DNA from: Lama guanicoe
Lineage: Eukaryota
Direction: 5' to 3'
Length of the DNA: 64,000 nucleotides
Assembly (NCBI GenBank): GCA_013239625.1
Contig: MU054338.1
Span: 6,240,724 to 6,304,723 of the forward strand
Part shown: positions 1 to 53,400 of the stretch, piece by piece
Layout: each line of letters opens with the position of its first letter
How positions within the stretch are numbered: position 1 is the stretch's first letter
Program-made: the position numbers and the translations under genes
Notes under the pieces: generated by a model
What the model was told of the DNA's origin: nothing
The model's database searches: none
The model's input: only the letters and a program-made list of their open reading frames with translations

Positions 1-253
1 CGAGGGGGTTGTATGTAACGGGTAGGCGGGTCGCGCAGGCGCAGAGAGGCCGCGCCACGCCGGTTGAAGTAGCCTCAGGTGAAGGGGGCGGGGGTACACC
101 TGTGGGGCAAGAACGGCGAGTTCACGCCGTGCTGGGTGTGGATCCGCCTCGGGGCTGAGAGCTAGCCTCCAGGAGGGCCGCCTAGTGGGGTTGCGGGTGG
201 GCCTGATTGGCCTCTGTCCTCGGAGCAGGATGCAGTGACGCCCCTGAGCGACC

Positions 254-4169
<3,916 letters not shown>

Positions 4170-4280
4170 GATGGCTGGAGCCACAGGTGAGGAAGTGTTT
4201 CCAGCTGTGGCTGAGGGGGTCTCCGTCCCCCTCCAAGATTAGAAGTCATGGGGCCACTCCTAGGAGTTTCTCTCTTTCAG

Positions 4281-5255
4281 GCCCAACGTGAGGGGACGCC
4301 TCCGCCTGTCCTGCCCCCGAGATGGTGATTGAAGTCTCCCCTGAAACCTCAACATCATTCTGCTACTTTCCAGACTTTTCTTACAAAGCAAACACTTTTA
4401 TTTTCTATGCAAAGGTGATTCAGAGAATTTATATAAAGGCGGGAGAGGGGCAGCACAGGGAGCTTCCGGGGCGGCCATCACCCCATGGGCCGTCTGCCAG
4501 GGCGGGTGGCAAAGGGGCCACCCCAGCCTCGGCTGGGCTTGCTCTTTCCGGAGTTAGTGGGCCCTGGGCCTAGCCTGAGCTCCGCCACGTCCGAGTCTGG
4601 GGTGTTAGAAATGGGGAGTGGAAGAAAATTGCCTGTGCTGAAACATACATTTCCTTCTTTATTTTGTTTTTTTCCTTTTCCTTTTTTTTTTTTGGAGAGG
4701 TCCCTGCAAGGCCCCTTCCCAGGCTGGGGAGGGACCAAAATGCCATCATGGTAGTAGGGACTGGAGCATCTACAAATACTGAAGGGGATACACAGGCCTA
4801 ACATTAGCTACGAGGAGAAAGGACGCCTTCCATGACAGACCCTTGAGGTTTCTGCGTCTGCCCCAAGTGGCTGACGGTGACCCTTCCCTCCAGGCCCAGG
4901 GCCCATGGGGCCACCTGTTCTAGCTCTTGGTGCGGGTTGGGGAGGGAGCCCTGCAGGGGCTCAGGGACAGGACAGCAGCAAGACGCAGGGGCCGAGGACG
5001 GAGGGCCTTCCCGACAGCCGGGTGGGTTGTACATTCAAGTGTGAGGTGAACCCTTTGGTGGGAGGGGGCCGAGGGGCTTCAGAGGCCCGGCCCCACCCCA
5101 TCCTGAAGACTCGGCAGGGCCGCCCCTCACCACTGAGCCTCTGAGTGGGGGAGAGGGGCTGCTGGCTCGGCCCGGCCGGCCTGATTTCTCAGAGGGTCTG
5201 TGGATTGACACTGGTTCTTTTTGTAAAAAAATAAAATTAAAAAAAGCAGCATGTC
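4281..5255 (+). other. YIPF2: YIPF2 terminal non-coding 3'UTR exon (3' end uncertain)
   Basis: Donor CAG|GTGAGG after 4186 and acceptor TCTCTTTCAG| at 4280. Candidate poly(A) signals are TATAAA at 4432-4437 and AATAAA at 5230-5235. Confidence 0.6.
4397..4402 (-). terminator. CARM1 distal polyadenylation signal (AATAAA); second candidate at 4658-4663
   Basis: TTTATT on + at 4397-4402 and 4658-4663, downstream of the CARM1 stop at 5737 on the minus strand. Confidence 0.65.
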
Positions 5256-5736
5256 ACGCCCATTGTGACCAAGGCCTGGTAGTTGAAGGGGAGGCCCCGC
5301 CCAGCCCAGACGGCCTGCCCACTGGAGACAGGCAATGGGGGCGGCCCAGGGGATGGGCGGGGCGGCAGCTGCCCACCTCCCTCGGGCCATGCCTGCAGCT
5401 GTCAGGCTCAGACACGCCTGTTACAGAAGATGTCAAACCCAGGTCAGGGTGGAGAGGGCAGGAGGGGGCAACAGGGCTCCCACGACATGATCGTGTGTAA
5501 AATATGGCAGCGACACGCGCTCAGGGCCAAGACTGGGGGGAGGGCAGTGGGGTGGGGGCGGCGGCGGCAACGTTGTGTAAAAAAGTGTTCAAGTTCCCAT
5601 AGCAAAGAGGGCTGTGACCGGGTGTTTGGGCTTCTCCAGCACAGGGGTGAGAGCCGCCTGGGTGGAGGGGTGGGGTGGGCAGGGTCTTCATTTGGTTTCC
5701 TGGTGCTGTCAGTCCGTCCCCGCCGGGGGGGTGGGC

Positions 5737-42498
<36,762 letters not shown>

Positions 42499-42522
42499 CT
42501 TAGATCCGGCTCCAGGCCCCGC

Positions 42523-42589
42523 NNNNNNNNNNNNNNNNNNNNNNNNNNNNNNNNNNNNNNNNNNNNNNNNNNNNNNNNNNNNNNNNNNN
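42523..42589. other. Assembly gap (67 N) in the CARM1 5'UTR
   Basis: Run of n characters 24 nt upstream of the CARM1 ATG. Confidence 1.
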
Positions 42590-43689
42590 CCGAGCCGGGC
42601 AGCGCCGCCTGCCGGCCAGGCGCCGCCTCCCCCCCACCGCCACTGCGGCCGGGCCCCGTACCGCAGCGCCCCCTGCCGGCGGCCCTGGGCTCTGAGAGGG
42701 CGCACGCTGGGGGGCGGGGCCGGCCCCTCCTCGCCCCGCCCCGCCCCACACAAACGGTCGCGGCTTTGTGAGGTGCCTCCGCCGCCCAGCAACCGCGCGG
42801 GTGGGAGCGTACGTCAGGAGTGGGGCTCGGCCGCCCGGACACGCCCCTAGTCCTGGGCCCCGCCCCCAGCGCGACGCGGCTCGAACCGCTGCGCTTTGTA
42901 AGGCGGTGAGGCTGCGGAGGTCCAGGAGGGCGGGGCCGGAGCCCGCGTCAGGGGGCGGTACTCGGCCTGTGGACACGCCCCTAGCCCCGCCCCGCGCAAG
43001 CGGTCGCACCTTGTGAGGTGGCTCCCCACCCACGGGAGCGGCGGGGGCGGGCCTGACGCCGGGCCGCTCCGACACGCCTCTGAGGCTGGACTCCGCCCCT
43101 GGTCCCGCCCGGCTTTGTGAGGCGGCACGCTGGGGGGCGGGGTCCAGCTGCGAGGAGACCCCGCCCCTATGCCAGTCCTGCTCCCTCCCACCCGGTCTTT
43201 GTCAGGCTCTCGGTTCTCGAGGAGGGCCGGAGTAAGGGGCGGGACTAGGACGCAGGGACACGCCCCAACCTGTGGCCCCACCCCCAGGCCGCCGGCTGGA
43301 AAAGCAGTTTGAGGGACGACTTGGCCTCTGCACACCTCTGCAACCCCTTTCGGAGCAGTCACCCGCTCCTTCTCTCTTCCCCATCATCTCCATCCCTTTT
43401 CTCCAGCGCCCTCCTCCTCTATCCTTGGCCCTTTACCGTCTTCTTCCCTACAGAAAATTCTTGGACCCTTCCTTTGGCCCCTTTCCCACCCCACTCACTC
43501 CCCCTTCCCCAGTGATGGCTGGCCAGTGAATCCAGCAGATCAGGACCAAGTGCCACTTTCCATATGCACACACACACATACATCTTCCCTCCAAATATTC
43601 CCTCCACTGCTTCAGGGCCCCAGTTCTCTCTGGGGGGTTACAAAGGAACTTCCCATTTCCAGTTGCCACTTTTCCCAGGACATTGACTA

Positions 43690-43695
43690 TTTATT
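43690..43695 (-). terminator. Candidate C19orf38/HIDE1 poly(A) signal AATAAA
   Basis: TTTATT on +; the only canonical hexamer I noticed between the HIDE1 stop (44406) and the CARM1 island. An ATTACA variant lies near 44100. Confidence 0.45.
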
Positions 43696-44405
43696 CTCCC
43701 CAATGTCCCTCTACTCCCACTCCCCATCGTTCCACCTCCTGTACTCACCAATGCAAGGACTTTAGCAGAGACCCCACGTAGCACAGTCCCCCTCCCCGCA
43801 CCTCCATGGGCCTCCCCAACACCAGGGCCTGCACCCTGACTGCGTGCAGTTGAGTGGTACTCCTTCCACCCAGCAATCAGTGACTGGACCTCTGAAATCC
43901 AGGGCTTGAAGGATTACACTCCATACAAGCCTTAGGAACAGCTCAACACATTATTATTAATAACTTAGGCATGCCAGCAGGGCACACAAACTATATAACC
44001 CCCCAGGTACCCATGCTCCCAAAACCCAGTCAGGTTGGCCAAGTCAGGTGTGACAGGGGAAGGAGGAAACCAGAGGGGTGTGCGGAGAGCTCAGACTTTG
44101 TAATGACGTAGCTGAGGGTCAGAAGGGACCCTCACATCACCTTCCCTGGTGATCTGAGAAGCTGGGAATCCAAAGAGAGGCTTCCTGCTTCCTGTCCAAC
44201 CTCCAGGACAAGGCTTGCACCCCCATTCCCACTCCTGCTCCTCTGTAAGGACGGTTCCAAGGCCAAGGGTCCTCTTCATCTCTTCTGTTCACTTCCCTGA
44301 GAAAGGAGCAGCCAGAAGTTCCCAAAGTAGCTGGAAGGCCCTCCATAGTCCAGCCAGCTCAGGGAGAGGGCTGAACGGAGGGCACACACAGAGAGAGGGG
44401 TCCCC

Positions 44406-47400
44406 CTAGCAGGCCCGGAATGTGATGAATTCCTGAGGCTCAGGTGAAGATGATGTGGAGGTGGGTCTCTTCCGGGGCCCAGAGTTGCCAGGTGTCACAG
44501 TAGAGCCTGAGGGAGCATCCAGAGTGGCTGCATCTCCTTCTAAAGACATTTTCTTTGTCCATGAAAGAAAAATAGAGAATCAGGTGATTTGGGGTTTCAG
44601 AATCTTGGGTTGCCCCATGTTCTGAGCCTGAGACTCCCCGAGTCCATCAGCTGTCATCTCAGCCCCCGCCCCCACACACAGACACGTGTGCACACCACAC
44701 AGTTTCAGAGCCCTGATCCTGCCATCTGTCCTGCCTTCCTCTCTGCTGAATAGGGAATCAGACAGCCTGGGTTCAAATCCCAGCTCTACCTCTTCCTAGT
44801 GGTGTGATCAACCCCTGTGTGCCTCAGTTCCCTCTTCTGTACAATGAGGGAGAATGCCAGTACCACCCATCCTGGGTTTGCTAGGACTCATAAAGATGAA
44901 GATTATATGGCATTATTTCTATACAAAATGTCCAAAATAGGCAAATCCATAGAAGAGACAGAAAGTAGAATGGTGGGTGTCAAGGCCTGCAGTGGAGGTG
45001 GAACAGGGAGTTGGTGTTTAATGGGGATGTAGTTTGTTTTGCAAGATGAAGTTCTGGGTATGGGTGGTGGTGACAGTTGCACAATAATGTGAATCTACTT
45101 AATGCAACAGAATTGTACACTTAAATATGACCAAAATAGTAAATATCATGTATATTTTACAATGATTTTAAAAAAGAAACTAGAAAAGATCACTAGAATT
45201 TACTGTTAAGGAAAAGAAGCACTGTGCATAGCAGTGTGGTTAGCATGCTGTCATTTTGTGTTAAAAAGTGTGAGGATATAGACTTGTTATTTTTGCCTTT
45301 GCGTCTATTTGCAAGAATCTCCTAATGGTGGTTACCCATATGTGTATAAAAGGGGGAAACCGGAGGGTGGACAGGGGTTAAGTAATAGAAGAGAACTTTA
45401 CTATACGTATAATTTTGACATACGGATGTATTTCATATTCAAAATTTTTTAATTAAGAAATATATTTTTTAAGTCACCAGGACTAAGATACTGAGAAATA
45501 AGTTATTTTTCTCCTTGCTTTTCTGTTTTCCATTGTTTCATTTTAAATGCCTTAAAAGAGGGGTGGGGAAAGACAGAAATCACCAGGCTGGTGCCTTGAG
45601 CGGTTTGGCTTCTCACGGAACGGTTTAGAACTTGCTCTGCCTGCCAGGTTTTTCTTAACAGCTCAGATTTGTTCCCTGAGCTGAGACTTCAGAGAGCTGA
45701 ACGGGCCGGTGCCAGGCCCCTTGCTTACCACCATGTGTATACCCGTGAAGGGGGCCAGTCTCCATCTGCTCTGGCACATCACCGGGTGAGGTGGGCTGTC
45801 TCTTTTTCTCTCCAAGCTTGCGCCTCCCCAGGACTCCCCCATACAGCCCCCTCCCACTCATCCACTCCAAAATCAGTGCCGTGTTTCCCATCCGCTGAAT
45901 CTACCTGACCTGCATCTGTGCGCTTCTTCCACCTCCGCTGCCAACGCGCTAGACCAAACTACCCACCACATCTCATGTCTGAACTATCACAGTCGCCTGC
46001 GCTCCGGTCTCTTAGCCTATCTGTCCACGGCCCCCACAGCCTATCCTCCTCGCAGACGCGAGAGGGCGCCTGTGAGCACGTAGCTCGGGTCACGTCCCTC
46101 CTCTGCTCTGAACCTGCCCTGGCTCCCACCTCACTTGGAGTAAAAGTCAGACTTCTTCGCGGGCCCCCCCTCGACTCCTCACTCCGCTGCACCCAGCTCT
46201 ACTGGGCTGTGCCAAGAACGTGTCCTGAGAATGGATCCATCCTCCGCACCACCTCCTGCTTTTCGTTTATCTCTCAGAAGTCCTGGGTCTCCCATCTACG
46301 TCAGAAGTGAGCTCCCTGGTCACTCCTACCCCACGTGGCATCGTCTGCCTCCCCCTATAGGATTAAGAAACTCTGAGGGATTGAGGGCCTCGTCTTGTTC
46401 TTGTTCAGATGCCCAGGAAGGCTAGGTTGAACTCGTCCAATCCTCACCTTAGCCCTGCTCCCCATCGTGGTGGAGACGCACCCGGCCCCAGGCTCCCTGA
46501 TGACAGTACCAAAGCATCCACTTCTACAAGTGACACCCTGAGGCCACCTGAAGTGGGAGCACCTGCACCCCAGACCTGAGCCCCTCTGCGTGGAGAGGAG
46601 CTAGCTGGACTTTCCCTTCATCCATGGTGTCCATGGGTCAGATATCTTTAATTTAGTTAAAAAAAATTAGTAGGTGGAGTTTCTAGTTCAGAAGGAGTGC
46701 ACGCTTAGCATGCACAAGGTCCTGGGTTCAACCACCAGTACCTCTGCTAAAACAAACAGACAGACAAACAAACCTAGTTACCTCCCCCACAGATAAATAA
46801 ATTTAAGAATGAAGAATAATAATTTGTACCCCAAGGCCACCACAAGATGCAGCTGTGCAGAGGACTCCCACTGAACTGGATTCAAATCCCAGTCAGGACA
46901 CTGTGTGATCTGGGGGAGCAACACCCCTTGCTAAGAGGGGGGTGTGTGGTGAGACCCTTACCCCTGAAAGGGAAACCCATGTCTGGGACATCTAAAACTG
47001 AACACAAAGACAAGCTTTTCTTTATACCAAGAGGGGACCACAGTGTGCATTGGGTTGTCACAAGGCTCTATGACCCCAAAGAAGCCACCAGGTCGCCCTG
47101 AGTCCCCTGTCACCATTCTGAGTGCAAGGGCAGCGCAGACCCCCAGGGGCCTGCCCACTACCCCACTAGGGCCTGGATAACGCGGCCACTGCCAGTCCCC
47201 TGGAATTTTCCAGAGCCAACTCTCAGCTCACAAACAATTCCTGCTTGGTGATTTTCCCAGGTCCCTGAAGCTCAGGAATGGTAGGTCGGCTCAGCCCGGT
47301 GGTAGCCCCCCACATTCCCATGGTCAGGACAGTCAGCATAAAACCGGGACCGAGAAACGGTACAACTTACCGAGATGGTAAACAAGGTGTTATCGAAGGA

Positions 47401-50400
47401 CATGTCTGGAACAGAAACAGAGAAAGCCAGGCCAGGGGCCAGTTCAGATTTCCTGCTCACTGCCCTCCCCACACACCCACAGGACCCAAGTCCACCCTGA
47501 GGAAGGGCGTGCGGTCCATCACCCAACATCCTCTTTGGCCCCTTCCAGCCCATTCTGCAGGGTGAACCATGCACAACTACAGACTGAACCTCTTCTGATC
47601 AGAACTCTCCTTCCAGGGCCTCTGGCTGCCCTCTGGAAAACGGGTGACTCGTCTCAACTCTCGTTTTCCGGAACACCCCTCAACTCCTCTGCCACCCTGG
47701 GCTCTCCCCCTAATCTCCCACTCGTCACCCAGCTACTCCCTGCTGCCCTGTCAGCCTCTGATCAAACATCACTTCCCCCGGGGGACCACCCTCCTAGCCC
47801 AGACAGGGTCCAACCCCTGTGGGGTATGAGCTTGTGGACAGAAACCACCTCTGTCTTGGTTATTGTTGGAGCCCGCAGATCTCAGCACATAGTAGGTGCT
47901 CAAGAAATGTGTGGGGCAGTGAAAGAAGTACAGAGAATGGAGTTTTTTCTGCGGGGGGGATTTCACAGGGTGGTGGCCTCTCACCCCCTGGTGGCAGCCG
48001 GCAGAACTTCAGCTTCTGCACCACAAGATGGTGCCAGGCACCCAGGTGCCCCGGGGCGTGGACAAGACAGATGCAGTTCGCCCCACCATGGAGCTGATGG
48101 TCCAGTGGTGGAGACGAGCATTACACATATAAGCATGCAATGAGTACTTAATTGTGTTTCTACGGAAGAAACTGTGGTGCTGGGGGCATGGAATTAGAAA
48201 GAGCAGACCCTGCCTAGGGAGTCAGGGAAGGCTTTCTGGAGGAGGTGACATTTAGACTGAGACCGCAGGGAAGAAGAGTGTTCTAGGCAGAGGGCAGAGT
48301 GAGTGAAAGGCCTGAGGATGGGGCGAGGAGAAGTGAGAGGTGAAAGCTGGTCAGTAACCAGGAGAGGAGGGGAAGAGGGAAGAGGGCAAGGGTGTGTTCT
48401 CTACTCTAAGGGAAGTGAGCAGCTGAAGAAGAGATTCAATAGCGAGCAATGAGACCTGATGGTGTTTTGAGGCAATGACCCCCTGGCAGGGGACGGTAAC
48501 GGGGAGGCACACACCTGTGGTGGCGAAGTTAATCTGGGTCCAGCAGGATTCTCGCTCTCTGCAGAGGCATTTGGGAGAAGGTGATGACTTGTCTCAGGCA
48601 GGAGTTTTGTTCTGGGAAGCCCTAGGCCCAAACTTGGCCCTTCCTCCCCACCGACCCCTGCATCCTCCTGGAATCCCCTCAGATGGAAATTCTCTTACAG
48701 GAGCCCCACCACTAGGTGAAGTCAGGATTTGATCCCCAGGGTTGCTGGTTCTCAGCCACCAGGCAGCGCACTGTCCACCCCTCTCTCAGAGCGGAGAAAC
48801 CGAGGCCGGGGCCAGTTGATGGATGCCCAGGAACCAGGGCCACTGCCTACAGGCTACACTGCACAACCCCAGGGGCACCACTCACCTCCCCCTGGTCCCC
48901 CACCACCTGTGGATTTCTAGCCAGATTACCCAACACTTTTTGACAGCTGGCAGTAAAGAGATGTAAGGAAGTCTCAGCCTCATCTGTAAAATGGGACTAT
49001 TCACAGCGCCTGCTTCCAGATCTGCTGATAGGATCCTGTGAGCTCTGGGTCCAGAGTCTCCGAGCACAGTGCCCGGCACACTGCGGGCGCTGCATAAATG
49101 GCACCCTGTTGCTATTAAGAATCACTCCCACCAAAGGACGCTGTTCGGGGGAGGTTTCCATTCCCCTCCAGGGGAAGTACCTGTCTGTCCCCTCCTATCC
49201 CCAGAACCCCATCAGCTCTATCTTTAACATCCATCAGGAACTCCTGCCTTGGGACTGAGTTTTCTTTCCCCCAAACCGCCCTCTGAGGGTCTCCAGGGAT
49301 GGTCTCACCGTTTCTTCTGCAATTGTTTTACTTTAACTGGGAACAAAAAATAAAAAAAAATAAAAAGCATTTGTTAGATTTTGGTCCTCATTGCAAAAAG
49401 CCAAGAAACCAAAAAGCCCCCGGTACACATTCAGCCCAGCCTTGCCTTCTCCCCTGGCAAATTTCCCACTCAACAGGAGAGCTGCTGAAGACATTTTTTT
49501 TCCCAATTGCATGAGTAATGTGTGTTGGTAAAAACTTCAAACAAGGTACAAGCATGTTAAAAAAATTTTTTTTAAATACTGATTTCAGTAAGTGCCAGGG
49601 GCTGAGGGGAGGGAGAATGGGGAATCAGTGTTTAATGGGGACAGAGTTACAGCTTGGGAAGATGAAAACAGATGGTTGCACAAAGTAAATGTCCTTAATG
49701 GCACTGAACTGGACCCTTAAAAAGGATTAAAATGGTAAATTTTATATCATGTATATTTTGCCACAATAAAAATATTTATATTATATATTATAATATATAT
49801 TTGTTATTACATATATAAGTATATATTTCATAATTATACATTATATATAATATTATGTATTATATAATATATTTATTTATGTTATAATATAAATATACAT
49901 ATACATGTACATATACGTACTATATTTAAATTTGCCCTGCCACCACCATCATAGAAATTATGGAGGGTTCTTCAGTGCTAAGTTTTTGGATTAAGAACTC
50001 CCAACTGTGTGCCCGCATGCTCCTAAAAATGGTTGTGGGTGGGAGAGCATTTCCACATCCCGGAGGGCTATGCCTGCTGGTACCTTTCCTGACGACCACG
50101 GCAACAACCACCAGCCCAGCGAGGAGGAGGAAGGCTCCAGCCAGGCTCAGCGAGAGTGCCAGGATCCAGGTGGGCACTAGAGGAAGATGAGAAAAAGAGA
50201 GTGGGCAGCTCATGGAGTTGTGGGGACCCAGGGAGAAGGTGGGACATCCATCATTCCTCCAGGCTACCTTTGGAGAGCCAGCCCTCCCCCTCTACCCCCT
50301 GACCATTTTGCTTTGGTGTAGCTAGACCCTGGGGATGCAGCAAACCTGTGTCTGGCCAATTAGCATATTCTCTCCCCCTGGCCATCGTGATTGGCTCAGG

Positions 50401-53400
50401 GAAAGGCAGGTTGCCCCAGCTGAGCCAATGAAGCTAATTCTGGGCCTTCGGCTAGACCACTGGGAAGAGAAGTCTACTCCTCAGGCCAGTATTACAAATC
50501 TGGTAGGATATATACCTGGAGCTCCAAGGTACAATTTTGACACTATGAGAGGGAGGGCCTGCCTGAGAATAAGACAGAGAAGAAAGCAGAGCTGAGAAGT
50601 AGCACGTGATTCCTGACATCTTTGAGCACCTGGATCCAGCCATGCCTGAAGTGGGTGCTGTGAACCGATTTCAGTTCAGTGAACCAATGAATCCCCTTTT
50701 GTGGCTGAGGCCAGCCTGAGTCAAGTTTTCAGTTACTTGCAACCTGAAGAGTCCTACTAGCTTCAGCCTGGGGAACAGGGGGTCAGACAACACCCAGCCG
50801 CAGCCACAGGGTGGGCCCTGGCACCCACACAGAGGTCAGCCGCAGAAGCATGAATCTTCAGTTCCAGAGTTTGCATCTCTGCAAAAGATTCAGCTGCCCC
50901 TCCCTAGAGAAAGGGGGGATCTTTCAGGGGAACTGGGAGGAGACACTGTGACCTGAGCAGAGGTCAGGACTAGCCAGGAGGGGAGGACAAGCTCACACTG
51001 GGTGTTCTCTGTGTTAGCCCTTGTTCATTCATTCATCTGGGGCAGGAGGGATGTCGTCACCTCCCCACTCTGAGACCACAGGACCAAGGTGAGAGAAGGG
51101 GGCCCTTGATTGTGGAACCTGAGGCTGGGGATGACACAGAAACTGTTCTGTCATCACCACCTGTGGGCCTCCGCAGGCAACAAGGTTGTCTTTGCAGCAG
51201 GAAAGTTCTGACTGATGGTGACACAAAGGCTCCTACCTCCCTCCTGCTCCTGGATCCAGAGCTCAGGCCCAGCCCCTCTCCTGGAAAGACCAGAGGAAGT
51301 CATGGGCCCTTCCAGGGCTTCTGTATCACTCAGACGAAAAGCCAGGGTCCTTGCTGCAGCCACAAGGTCCCGCACAATCCTCCTCACCACCTCCCTGCCC
51401 TTGTCTTCCCACCTCTCCTCCTTGCTCACTATGCTTCAGCTGTGTGGTGTGCTTCCTTGTCCCTCAAACACACCAGGCATACTCCAGCCTCAGGGCCTTT
51501 GCACAGCCAGCGCCTGGAACACTCCTACTCCAGGACCTTCCATTCTCATCCTTCAGGTCTTTGCTCAAACGTCGCCTCCTCAGAGAGGACTTCTCTGGCC
51601 ACTCTCCTCTCTATTTAAAAACGACACCCTTCTCAGACTGTATTTCATCTCTGCCACTTTCCTTGTCCTCAGCTGGCAGACTGAATAATTACCAAACTCC
51701 TTATTTATTGTCTGCCCCTATTCCCTTGGAATGTCAACTCTGAAACGGGAGGGACTTTGTTTCATTCACTGCTGAGCCTGTGGGGCCCAGGAGGGTGCCT
51801 GGTGCCTAGCAGGGGCTCAGAGATGTTCGGTGGCCAGGAAGGGAGGGTGCAGCAAGTCCTGGAGGTTTAATGCGGGACTTCAGAGTCCAGGGGAATCCCA
51901 GCCCTGCCACCTGCGACTAGGTGAGCCGGGCAAGTCTCATCATCGTTTGTGCCTCAGTTTCCTTATCTGGAAAATGGGGAGAATCACTGTACCCATTGCA
52001 TGGGGTGACTGTGTGGATTAAACAAGGAAAGTGAGTAAGTCTTGGCAAGTTGGGAGCCTGGCTTGTTCTGTGCTGACTTCCAGGTGGAGGGAATAGCACC
52101 TACGAAGACTCAGCGGTGAGAAGATTGAGACTTACCTGGGAAAGAGACGTGCACAGGCTCGCTGAGGTTCGACAGCTGGGGCTGCCTGTGCTCGCCGAGC
52201 ACACCATACTGGCAGCGGAATGGTCCCCTTGGAGCCTCCCTGCTGCCGCCACTCAGGTTGAAGGTGACCCCGAGCTGGTCTGAGGGGGCCTGCAGGAGCT
52301 GCACCACCTGCTCCCCTTGGTACAGTGTGAAATTTGCCCCCCGGAAGTCCCCAGGGGCCATGCACGATATGTGGATGGGGTCCTCTTGGCTACTGGGGTG
52401 GGGAGGCACCAGGAGGATGGACGGCGCTGGGATCGCCAAAGAGCCTGCAAAGCAAAATGAGGGAGGCTGGTGAGTGGGTGGTTAGAGCAGAAGCCACCCT
52501 GGCTGTGTAGCCTTGGGCAAGTGGCTCACCCTATCTGGGCCCTGGTTTTTATGTACAACAGGAGGCTAGTTGTCCCTACCCTACCGTGATGTGGAGGGGA
52601 TCAAGTGTGAGGCCTCTGTGAGAGGTGAGATCGCTGCCTCTGAGTCATTTTATTATAATAGCCATGGGTATTACACAGTGACACATATACTCGTATTACT
52701 ATGATCGAGAGCACTGACTACGTGTCAGGCCCTGTTTAGGTGTGGGGAACACAGCTGTGGATGAGATAGACAGACAAGACATGCCTGCTCCAGGGGAGCT
52801 GATGTTCTCAAGAGGAAACAAGGGTGCTGGGAAGGCTGGGTTAGCCGGGGTGGCCACACAGGGCTTCCCTGGAGAGACAGCACAGGAAGAGATGGGGTTG
52901 AGCATTCCAGGCAGAGGGACCATCTGGACAAAGGCTGGAGGTTGGAAGGGGTGTAGGGTGTTCAAAGAGGCTTAGAAGGGGGTGAATGAGGGGGAGGGGA
53001 GGGCAGAGGGGTTATGTCTTGTTTCCCAGGCTGTGGTGAGGAATAGGATTCGGGGGTACGGCTTCCTGCAGGAGGAACCAGTGTCTCCCCAGCTGGTGAG
53101 GTCTACACCAGCCTTCCTTTGCCCAGCTTCCCCCGACCCCCCAGCAGATCCTCCTGCTGCCCCAGCCCTGGAGATAGAAGTCTGCAGAAGCCAAGCGGGG
53201 CTGAGTCATGGGGCGTGGGTACCGCTGTCTCAGGTCGGGTGGCCTATCTGATACCCTGAATGTGTGGGTAATGAGGCCGGACAAGAGAAACCCGTGCTCC
53301 GGGGGCATTTCCAAGGCTCTGGGGCAAATCTGTCGGGGCTCAGCCTCTCCAGCACCTGGTTTCTGTCCCCTACCCCCTGCCCCCCAGCACAGGCAAGGTG

